Virus record (IMG/VR): IMGVR_UViG_3300050021_000838
Strand: one strand, 5' to 3'
Source of the DNA: an uncultured virus (IMG/VR IMGVR_UViG_3300050021_000838)
Lineage: Duplodnaviria; Heunggongvirae; Uroviricota; Caudoviricetes
DNA length: 64,000 nucleotides
This document shows positions 9,472-17,752 of this stretch, in pieces; the stretch's first letter is position 1, and every line of letters starts with the position of its first letter. The notes beneath the pieces were generated by a model that saw nothing but the letters and a program-made list of their open reading frames with translations, did no database searches and was not told the origin of the DNA. The position numbers were made by a program, and so were the translations under genes.

Positions 9472-10092
9472 AATTTTAATTCCTCAAATAAAATGATATA
9501 AAACACATATTTCCACAACTAATTTCCCTATATTAGGGAATTCGCCTCTTTTTCGACTACATGTTGTCAGATTTTCCCTTACAAAAACGTTTCTGAGCAG
9601 AGTGCGCTTGATTGCGTTGCTGGCATTGCATAGGTGCTTGCATACATAGGTGGCATCCGATAAAAAATTCGCAACCGATAAAAAATGTGAACAGCGATGG
9701 TATTTTTTAATTTATTTGCCTTCTCTCATTCTTAATTTTCATTTTTTAATTTCTGAGAGCCAAAAATCACCCTTAAATAGGTACATACTTACTTATTGTG
9801 CAAATAGATGCATTAGGGCATAGTCATAGCATTCATGGTCTTTTTCTGAAGGTCGATTGCATCCTTAACTATTATTTCTACGAGTACGTTGCTTAGCTCG
9901 TTTCCTATTTCTTTTTCTAATGGTTCTAGCTTTTTCAAATGGTTCCTCATCGTTATCGAATAGTCGTACTTGTTGTCTTCCAAGGAGGATAGTTCTTGAG
10001 AGTGCTTCTATCTTATTTCTTAACTCTCTGTCTACTTCCTGGTATACTTCTAAGTCTATCATGTAGCTTCCTTTATCATTTAGCCGCCGACA

Positions 10093-10389
10093 TCAGCCGA
10101 ATGGCGTGGTAACTTCCTTGTTTCTCAATAGGTTAGAGTTCTCGTCCAAATCCCAATTACTTGAGTCAACTGGAGGACAAATTCCCGCCTTGCCATCAGG
10201 CTTCTCTGAATTTACATCTATGCCTTTACATCCGGCGAATCGTATCGGGGATTCATTGTCCACCGTGGACGTCCCAATGGCATATTCTTCCTGGTGAAAC
10301 AAATCCTTTGCATGTTGCTTACATTCCTCTACCGTCATCCAGTCTGGATAGGTGTACGTTTTCGTGCTGCTTACCGTTACTACTTTCAT
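10093..10389 (-). CDS. hypothetical protein
   Basis: Translationally coupled small ORF in a minus-strand array. Confidence 0.55.
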   Translation of the reverse strand: MKVVTVSSTKTYTYPDWMTVEECKQHAKDLFHQEEYAIGTSTVDNESPIRFAGCKGIDVNSEKPDGKAGICPPVDSSNWDLDENSNLLRNKEVTTPFG

Positions 10390-10605
10390 CGTGGATCTCC
10401 TATATACCGTTTTCCCTTCCGGGCCGTCTTGAAGTGGAACGAGTAGGACAAAACCTTATCTGTCTTCTTGCCCGCGCCATCCCGCAAGTGAACTTCATCC
10501 AGCTGAAAATGTCTCATAAGCCAATATCTGATTATCTGGAATCTGATCTCATTCATAAACTTTTTCATGGTTGCACCCACATTTCCGGATTCTGATACTT
10601 ATCAT

Positions 10606-10866
10606 TCATGCTACTTCCTTTACTTTAGCCGTCCGCACATAGAATCCCATGGCGGACTTGTTTTTGAAATCTCTTACTCTGACCAGATATCGCTGAACGT
10701 GATAATCTGACAAGGGTGTAACCGTTACGGACTTGACATGTTTAGCCAGCTCCTTTGAAGTGCCCCGCATAACAAATGTCATTTCCTTATCAAATAGGTC
10801 ATATTGTGGGTATACTCCGCATTTCGGATCATTTACGCCGACCAACATTTTATTCATTTGCCTCAT
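10606..10866 (-). CDS. hypothetical protein
   Basis: Small ORF overlapping the stop of the dNMP kinase. Confidence 0.55.
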   Translation of the reverse strand: MRQMNKMLVGVNDPKCGVYPQYDLFDKEMTFVMRGTSKELAKHVKSVTVTPLSDYHVQRYLVRVRDFKNKSAMGFYVRTAKVKEVA

Positions 10867-11392
10867 ACAGCTGGAAATATTTCAGCATCCCTTTTACCTG
10901 TGCTTTCAAGTCCCGCTTAGTACCTTCGTTTACGATAGTCATGTCTATTAACGTGCGTGGCAATCCTATTTCAGATAAATGCTTACCCGCCTTACAGCCT
11001 GGTCTGTCCATCCGGATCATCAAGCCGCCCATATCCTTAATAAACTGGGCTTCATTGGGATATCTGACATCATCGATAACTACAAGTTTGCGTTTATCAA
11101 CGATTCTGCAGATTCTGAAATAATCCAGAATGTCCTCTTTTGTCCTGTTTATCCATATATCCGGGCTATACTCCCTCCCTGCTTCAGTACCAAGTACCTG
11201 CAAGAGCCGTCTTCCTTTCTCATCCTTCTTGCCGTCCCATTTGAATTCTTCCTTTGCGATTTCCTTGATAGGCGTGGCAAAACTAAACATTCGGACTCCT
11301 ACGTATTTTGCCGCAGTAGTCTTTCCTGATTTCATAAATCCCGCAAATCCAATGATTGTCGGTTTCTTGTTTTTCTTAACTTTCCCGCTCAT
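10850..11392 (-). CDS. phage-type deoxynucleoside monophosphate kinase
   Basis: GFAGFMKSGKTT P-loop, SFATPIKE, GRRLLQVLGTEAGR, VIDDVRYPNEA, HLSE. Confidence 0.88.
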   Translation of the reverse strand: MSGKVKKNKKPTIIGFAGFMKSGKTTAAKYVGVRMFSFATPIKEIAKEEFKWDGKKDEKGRRLLQVLGTEAGREYSPDIWINRTKEDILDYFRICRIVDKRKLVVIDDVRYPNEAQFIKDMGGLMIRMDRPGCKAGKHLSEIGLPRTLIDMTIVNEGTKRDLKAQVKGMLKYFQLYEANE

Positions 11393-11667
11393 AACTCATC
11401 GTTTCCTTATATTTTTCAAAATGGACATCCCGCTGATGCCGCTTCGACCACCTTTACCGCTGGCAGTTCGCCCAGCCAATGTTTTCCATCCGGTTCATCG
11501 CCCATTAAATCTTGATTCCGAAGCAAATTCGAATAGCTCTTACCATTCCATAAAAATCTAATTGCGAAGGGTAAACGATGCAGGCTTTCCTTCGCCCATG
11601 ATTATTCGTTCCTCCGATAGCGTATCCTCCCAAGAAGAACGTTGGCATAATAATCAGCTCTGGAAAG

Positions 11668-11967
11668 TTATTTCTCAAAGCCTGGATTTCTGTCGTTCCT
11701 TCTCCTGGTCCGGGTAAAGACATCGCCCCTGTCGAAGCCGCCCATGTTATTCGTTGATTCTGGCAGAACTCTTTTCTTAAATTTCGCCGAGAAATCCATT
11801 GGCTGAACCTTGACTTCACAATCGAAAATTTCTGAAGCTTGACGCATCATTCGGTCATTAAATTTCTTGCTAAAAGCCTTGGGGAAAACAGAGGGTTTCT
11901 GAAAAACTTGAACGGACGGAGTGCATGCGATTGCGCTAGTCTTATTTTTCTTTTTGTCATCTTTCAT
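11668..11967 (-). CDS. hypothetical protein
   Basis: ORF preceded by an AGGA RBS. Confidence 0.5.
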   Translation of the reverse strand: MKDDKKKNKTSAIACTPSVQVFQKPSVFPKAFSKKFNDRMMRQASEIFDCEVKVQPMDFSAKFKKRVLPESTNNMGGFDRGDVFTRTRRRNDRNPGFEK

Positions 11968-12132
11968 GGTGCAAATTCCTATGCAGATAAATGCGTGTGC
12001 TACTCATCGGATTTCCTTTTTTTATGCTTGGTTTTCCTGGTATACAGATCCTTCATTTCTACCATAGGCGGTTTCTTCGGGACGGGTATCCTCTTGACAA
12101 TCTTCTTTATTTTAAGGGTTTCTTTTTTCATC

Positions 12133-12417
12133 TTAATTCGTTGAGATCGGAAGTTCTGTTTCAGTCTTCAGCCTGACTAATCTCATCCAAGCCTTATCCG
12201 TAAAATGTCCGTCGCGGACTCTGCTCATTACTAAATCAAAAATCGCATTGCCCCACGATGCAGGAGAAACGGCAATAAAATGTATCAGGCTGCCAACTAT
12301 GATATCCATCGTTATCGGAGCGCCCGGATACATGAGTCTGAATTCTTCCATAACTCCCTCATCGGACATAGGGAGTGTTACTGATTTCGGCTGGTAATTC
12401 TTATCCGCCTGATACAT
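12133..12417 (-). CDS. hypothetical protein, paralog of 12427..12711
   Basis: Shared C-terminal pattern G(H/K)F..KAW.(R/K)(L/V)VR...E...PI..N. Confidence 0.65.
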   Translation of the reverse strand: MYQADKNYQPKSVTLPMSDEGVMEEFRLMYPGAPITMDIIVGSLIHFIAVSPASWGNAIFDLVMSRVRDGHFTDKAWMRLVRLKTETELPISTN

Positions 12418-12426
12418 CCTGATTCC

Positions 12427-12711
12427 TTAATTCATTGTTATCGGGCAATCAATCTCTGCGCACATACGGACAACCTTTGTCCATGCCTTGTGCTTAAACT
12501 TTCCGGTCTCAATACTTTTCAAGATGCAGCTGAGCATAACGGCAGCGCTCTCATCTGACTGACATGACAACATACCGAGCATACCGTCAACCACTTCTTC
12601 CATAGTGACATCGCGGAGGTCTGGGCATTGTTCTCTGACTACCTGCATCAGTTCTTCCTCAGTGTACGGAAATTCCTGATTGCTTACGGCCTTACGTTGC
12701 ATTTCTATCAT
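12427..12711 (-). CDS. hypothetical protein, paralog of 12133..12417
   Basis: Same length (94 aa) and shared motifs. Confidence 0.65.
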   Translation of the reverse strand: MIEMQRKAVSNQEFPYTEEELMQVVREQCPDLRDVTMEEVVDGMLGMLSCQSDESAAVMLSCILKSIETGKFKHKAWTKVVRMCAEIDCPITMN

Positions 12712-12714
12712 AAA

Positions 12715-13008
12715 CTATACATCCAATTTTGGTTCGGGCAGTTTATCAATAAGTGTTCTTACTGTTTCCAGAACAAGTACGCGTGCCTTCAGTCTATCAA
12801 CATCAGGACTCGTTTGCGGAACTTTAAGTTGGTTCTCTGACTCCGCTATAATCTCACAGAGCATCTCATCAATCTGAAAATCTCTTGCTTTGACGATATC
12901 CGGGATGATCGACTTGACATTGCTTTCATTATAAACGTATTCATCCTCAGCGGAGCCCGCTTCCAGACGGTTATTCTTTAGCCACTTCTCAATCGTAATT
13001 TCTGACAT
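12715..13008 (-). CDS. hypothetical protein
   Basis: TAATG coupling with the upstream gene. Confidence 0.55.
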   Translation of the reverse strand: MSEITIEKWLKNNRLEAGSAEDEYVYNESNVKSIIPDIVKARDFQIDEMLCEIIAESENQLKVPQTSPDVDRLKARVLVLETVRTLIDKLPEPKLDV

Positions 13009-13234
13009 TACTTATTTTCTCCATTATCCGTTAAACTATCAAATATCTCACATAACTCATCAATACACTCTTTGCAAAGGTTTCTCGGATCTCCCGGATC
13101 TTGTGGGCGAGTGCAGGGCGACCACTTACCGTTAATTTCAATGTTCGACTGACATAAGCCGGTTAACATGAAGGGCTCCTGGTCATGCTCTTTCAGCATA
13201 TAATGATTGAACCCGCCTGAACCAAATTTCCTTT

Positions 13235-13540
13235 TCAATCTCCTGGATCTCCGCCCTCAGCATAACCCTGCGAGTAATGCAAGTGTGCGATTCTCTTCAT
13301 AAGAATCAATTCCTCTTCCGTGCATCCAAGTTCCACAAATCTTTTTTCCAGAGAAAGCTGCAGAATGTCAGCCTGATGCAACAGTGCCTTAAATTCGCTG
13401 ACATCTCCAAATTTTCCGGTATGCCGGACAGTCACATCAAACAGTTCAAGCCCATTATGGTCTTTGCCAAGAGGCTTCTCGATGACATACTCTTTGTTCT
13501 TAACTTGTTCGATTTCACTTTGTACTGCGTGAGTTCCCAT
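13235..13540 (-). CDS. hypothetical protein
   Basis: First ORF after motif copy 1. Confidence 0.6.
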   Translation of the reverse strand: MGTHAVQSEIEQVKNKEYVIEKPLGKDHNGLELFDVTVRHTGKFGDVSEFKALLHQADILQLSLEKRFVELGCTEEELILMKRIAHLHYSQGYAEGGDPGD

Positions 13541-13579
13541 AATTTACATTCTGTTATTTTGTGTGTTGTAAAGTATTAC

Positions 13580-13600
13580 TTACAAAAGGCGTGCTAAGAA
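13580..13600 (-). promoter_or_regulatory. sigma54-like promoter motif, copy 1
   Basis: TTCTTAGCACGCCTTTTGTAA; ATG 40 nt downstream. Confidence 0.75.
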
Positions 13601-13608
13601 AAAATGAA

Positions 13609-13933
13609 GCCAATACCCGACCTACGTAGCTGGTTCGATAGTGTCTGACCTATCGGATTGGATCATCGCCACCGACTATCAACAAATGCGAAAGGAACTG
13701 TTTCTGAGACGCTCCACCGAGGCATACGTTTTTGCACAAAGTATGCGTGAGCTTCAGTGCGAACACAGAGGTTTGCGGACTGAGTGTCTTTTCTAAGGAC
13801 ACTATTACCGCTAGACCATTCCTTACTCTCATGCAAGTATGCAACCCACATGATTGGTTCTCGCAACTCTTTCAAGGATGCTGGTTATTGCAGCCACCTC
13901 CTAAACGAATTCCGGAAACTGCAGGTACTTGAC
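13609..13933 (-). ncRNA. candidate ~325-nt structured ncRNA
   Basis: Terminal helix GUCAAGUACCUG/CGGGUAUUGGC with G-U pairs favouring the minus strand; several internal helices; no credible ORF. Confidence 0.55.
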
Positions 13934-14140
13934 TTAAACTTTCTTAATTTTAATCTGGCGCGGATCTATCTCGTATTCAATTTCTTCACCGCCCAGTTCA
14001 TTTATAATCGCTAATAACAAGGGATCGGCTTCATCACTGACTTCGTGGAAACAGTTACATGGAATCAGAAACGTCATGTCATCATGTTCTCTTTCTCCAG
14101 TGCCATGGCATAACGGACAATCGTGGTTCGGTACTCTCAT
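13934..14140 (-). CDS. small Zn-finger-like protein
   Basis: CPLCHGTG...CNC motif. Confidence 0.6.
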   Translation of the reverse strand: MRVPNHDCPLCHGTGEREHDDMTFLIPCNCFHEVSDEADPLLLAIINELGGEEIEYEIDPRQIKIKKV

Positions 14141-14171
14141 TAAGATAGACTCAATTTGTTACAAAAATAAA

Positions 14172-15116
14172 TTATTCGATGCCAGTTGCCGGCCATTTCG
14201 CCGAGATTTCAGATATCTCTTCATCCAAGAATGACATCGCACTTTTGACATCCACCGGCATTATCTTCTTAATCGGTTTCCTTCTGGGTGCCTTCATCAT
14301 CTTTTTCATGGGCCAACCCTTTTCCTCAGCTAACGTTAATTCTCTGGGTGCTTTGGATACTCCCATTACTTCCATCTTCTCAATTTCTTCCGGAGTGAAT
14401 GCTGGAGCCAATTTACCGAGCAATTCATCTTCCTTTTTAGACTTTCCTGTTTTCTTATTATTTTCCTTAATGTATGCCTTAATCAAAGCCTCAGCTTCAT
14501 CCATCTTATCAGAGTCAAAGCCTCCGCAGATCGTCCCAAATCCGTCAGTCAGCATATCGTAAGCATTAGCTGCCGCCCCGAGGCATCCATCTTCCCGAAC
14601 CTCCTTCAGCCATTCGGCTTGAACAGCTGCATCAGTAGGAGATACAACCGATTCAAAATATATCGCTGCTGGCAAATATCCGTCCAGACCAGCCAGTTCG
14701 TCCGCCTCTGATTTCCCGCCCTTAAATCCTATGGACATATCCCAAAAGAATCCTTCAGCGTCTTTACCGTCAGCACCGATTACCCGGTTCTCCCATAAGT
14801 AAACTATCTGCCAGCCATTATTATTATCTTCTTTGTACAAGTCCGATACTTTTTTGTAAGTAGCCGTCTCATCCACAAAGTCATTAAGCCCTTCATCCGT
14901 AACTGCTGCGACATATCGATAAACCTTTTGCCAGTCGCCCCTGAGAATCAATTGGGATACTGTATTACTCTTATGCCATTTCGCGAATAACTTTACGAAT
15001 GCCATAGCACCATAAGGCTGGGACCGTGGAGAATTCCAGTGCTTATAAAACGAGGCAAAATTTACCTCCCCTTCTTTATTCTTGCTGACTACGTACGTCT
15101 GATGTCGTTGTCCCAT
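14172..15116 (-). CDS. hypothetical protein
   Basis: Long ORF; start moved to MGQRHQ after AAGGA. Confidence 0.7.
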   Translation of the reverse strand: MGQRHQTYVVSKNKEGEVNFASFYKHWNSPRSQPYGAMAFVKLFAKWHKSNTVSQLILRGDWQKVYRYVAAVTDEGLNDFVDETATYKKVSDLYKEDNNNGWQIVYLWENRVIGADGKDAEGFFWDMSIGFKGGKSEADELAGLDGYLPAAIYFESVVSPTDAAVQAEWLKEVREDGCLGAAANAYDMLTDGFGTICGGFDSDKMDEAEALIKAYIKENNKKTGKSKKEDELLGKLAPAFTPEEIEKMEVMGVSKAPRELTLAEEKGWPMKKMMKAPRRKPIKKIMPVDVKSAMSFLDEEISEISAKWPATGIE

Positions 15117-15314
15117 CCTGTATCCTTTTAATAACTTGACTCTTAAATTGCTTGCTGAACGTAGATTGCTCCACAAGCTTTAATTGTTGGTCCTTAACGC
15201 TGGTCTGCTCTTTAACAAATCGGGCTACAAATTCAATTTTCTTGATTCTGCCTGGTCGCATACTTCTCCTATTTCCTGACTTGGGGTGTTATAAAATTTG
15301 TTATAGGTATGTAC

Positions 15315-15335
15315 TTACAAGTTCCGTGCTAAGAA
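15315..15335 (-). promoter_or_regulatory. sigma54-like promoter motif, copy 2
   Basis: TTCTTAGCACGGAACTTGTAA; ATG at 15261 with AGGAG RBS. Confidence 0.75.
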
Positions 15336-15362
15336 TTTTCGGGATTCTCTGATGCGACGGAA

Positions 15363-15929
15363 CTAAGGATCTACGCGGACGCTCAGAATATCTTTCATTG
15401 TAGTGGGATGTTCGGCTACCACCGATACTGTATAATGAGCCCCTTTTCTTACCGTCAGCTTAGTCAATCGTCGACTGGTAAAGGTCTTTGGATCGCCCAA
15501 CGGAAGAAGTTCCCCATTCACTTCAAGATGCCCCTCTAATACATGCATCGTGTACATGCCATGCGACGGATTTTCGTTAATGCCGAGGATTTCAAAATCA
15601 GCATGAGCGTGAACCGCATACTGAAAGAACCTCCCCGTGGCTTCCTCATGTAACGGTCTTACTATCGAGTGCGGAGTAACTATCGGCGACATCTGAGTTC
15701 GTTTGCACACATGAAAGAAATCCCCTGAGCACGCCCCCAAAGCTGTGGCGATAAGTTTTATCTGGTCATACTTGGGCTGCTGCTCGCCTGAGAGCAATCT
15801 GGATATTACTGATTTGGAAAGTCCTGTCTTCTTGCAGAGCCTGACTTGACTAAAGTCTCTGTCTGACATCATCTTATTTAATCTTGTAGAAAAAATCTTA
15901 ACCTCCCCTATCGATAAAATGTGACACAA
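15363..15929 (-). CDS. XRE-family HTH regulator with a cupin-like C-terminal domain
   Basis: SQVRLCKKTGLSKSVISRLLSGEQQP HTH; C-terminal HVLEGHLEV beta-rich region. Confidence 0.7.
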   Translation of the reverse strand: MCHILSIGEVKIFSTRLNKMMSDRDFSQVRLCKKTGLSKSVISRLLSGEQQPKYDQIKLIATALGACSGDFFHVCKRTQMSPIVTPHSIVRPLHEEATGRFFQYAVHAHADFEILGINENPSHGMYTMHVLEGHLEVNGELLPLGDPKTFTSRRLTKLTVRKGAHYTVSVVAEHPTTMKDILSVRVDP

Positions 15930-16047
15930 AATACGGATAAAATTGTCAGTTAAACTTGCTCGTCTCCGGGCACACTCCGGCTGTTGCTACGCCCTATGCC
16001 TCGCCAATTGTAAAATATGAAAAGGAATTTTATTGTTACAACTTATT

Positions 16048-16317
16048 TTATGAAGTATATCTCAATAAAACTTTTGCGTTTATTTCCTTTTCTAAATGAG
16101 TTACAAATTCAGCAAGTGTTATCTTTAGGTGAGTGCATATTTCCCGAAGTTCTATTATATCTACTTTCCTTTGACCTGTTTCAATCTTACTAATATAGGA
16201 TTGAGGAACACCTAGCTTCTTAGCCAAATCAACCTGAAGAAGCCCAGCTTTAGTCCGGTATTCAGTAAATACCTGGACAAAAAACTTATATTCCTTTTTA
16301 TAGATACTCTTTTTCAC
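16048..16317 (-). CDS. small XRE HTH regulator (controller-protein-like)
   Basis: RTKAGLLQVDLAKKLGVPQSYISKIETGQRKVDIIEL; inverted repeat ATATCC...GGATAT just upstream (16329-16362). Confidence 0.85.
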   Translation of the reverse strand: MKKSIYKKEYKFFVQVFTEYRTKAGLLQVDLAKKLGVPQSYISKIETGQRKVDIIELREICTHLKITLAEFVTHLEKEINAKVLLRYTS

Positions 16318-16723
16318 ACCATAAATTTATATCCTGATATCGAATATCCCATTTTAGGATATTATATTGTTATTGATATTATTTAAAGGATTTAAAAAAT
16401 TATGTATAATGATGATGATCCTGATTATTTTGATTTTAACCGTTATCATTATAATTCATCGTTTAATGATAAAAAGTCTGTGGAACAATCATCTAGTTGG
16501 ATACATGATTTAGTTAAATTAGCAATAAGTATTACAGTACCTTTTTAAAATCTTGGGGATAAATGGTGGGAATGGGCTTTAAAAATTATTGGCTTTTTGT
16601 TTGCTTTTGGTGTCGCATATAAGGTTATTAATATTTCTAAATTATTTCCATTTAGAGGTTATCCAAGAAAATATGCTTTTGATGATATTCTAGATTTTCT
16701 TTTCTTGGTGCCTCGGCTGAATT

Positions 16724-17752
16724 TTATAAATCTCTTAAAGATTTATTTTGAGCATAATCCTTTTTCATATGTTCAATTAATGTTTCAAATGTTATATCTC
16801 CTCCACCTCCATTTTCAATTAATACTAAGGCTTCAATCCATTGTGCTTTTCCGGTTGAGTATAGTTGCACACTAGATAAATCCCCACCTGATCTAAGCCA
16901 TATGCCTTTGTCTTTCAATCCTTCCGGGTAAAGTTTTGTTACAATTTCGCAAAGCTTTTGTAGCAAAGTCGTAGGGGTATAAGTATTAATGTGTTGTTTA
17001 ATATTTAAGTGATCCAAAAAATTAAACAAAAATGTAACTGCATTCTTAATGGCATATTCTTGAGAACCTTCTTTATCCACTTTTTCTTTTTCATCAATTA
17101 AGTCTGAAATACCCCGTATCAGTAATGATTTAAGTAATGGATAGGGTCTGCAAGCTTCTAAAAAACCTAAACCTTCCATTTCAACAGCCAGAGCATGGCT
17201 ACAATTATTTTTCAAAAATCCAAATAGATTTGAGTCAGATGATGCAACTACTTTTTCTCCAGAAGCAATTGTACCTGAATAAACTGATATTTTATCGTTA
17301 AATTTTCTATTTATAAGCGTTCCAGAAATTTCAACCCAAGCACCAGAGTTTGAATAATCTATTGCTTTCATTTCTAAGTCATACGAGGAAAAAGCAAATT
17401 TCGGTCTTGGGAATAATTGATTTCCTGCCTTTGCCCCTTCGAACCCAAAAACATCTGCACCAATAACTACATCTCCAATTTTAACGTCTTTTAGTCCTCC
17501 TGCTACACCTACAAAGAATATGAAAGAGGGGTTGAAATGTTGAATCATTCTTTCTGTTTCAATTGCCGCATTTACATTTGTTTGGTTAGTACGTCCCACA
17601 ACTATTTCTAAATTAGAACCATTAGAGAAATAATTACCAATTTTATATTGTGTTTTTGTTATTGGATGTTCGAATACTTTAATATTTGAAAGTGATTCTA
17701 AAACAGCTTTCTCTTCTTTAGGAAGAGCAGTTTCAATTATTATTGAATTCAT
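16724..17752 (-). CDS. MTA/SAH-nucleosidase-like nucleoside phosphorylase fused to C-terminal EAD1 (conflict-system effector)
   Basis: TALPKE, FVGVAGG, IASGEKVV, AVEMEG, IRGISD; C-terminal KLYPEG..D..IWLRSGGD..G.AQW...L. Confidence 0.85.
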   Translation of the reverse strand: MNSIIIETALPKEEKAVLESLSNIKVFEHPITKTQYKIGNYFSNGSNLEIVVGRTNQTNVNAAIETERMIQHFNPSFIFFVGVAGGLKDVKIGDVVIGADVFGFEGAKAGNQLFPRPKFAFSSYDLEMKAIDYSNSGAWVEISGTLINRKFNDKISVYSGTIASGEKVVASSDSNLFGFLKNNCSHALAVEMEGLGFLEACRPYPLLKSLLIRGISDLIDEKEKVDKEGSQEYAIKNAVTFLFNFLDHLNIKQHINTYTPTTLLQKLCEIVTKLYPEGLKDKGIWLRSGGDLSSVQLYSTGKAQWIEALVLIENGGGGDITFETLIEHMKKDYAQNKSLRDL

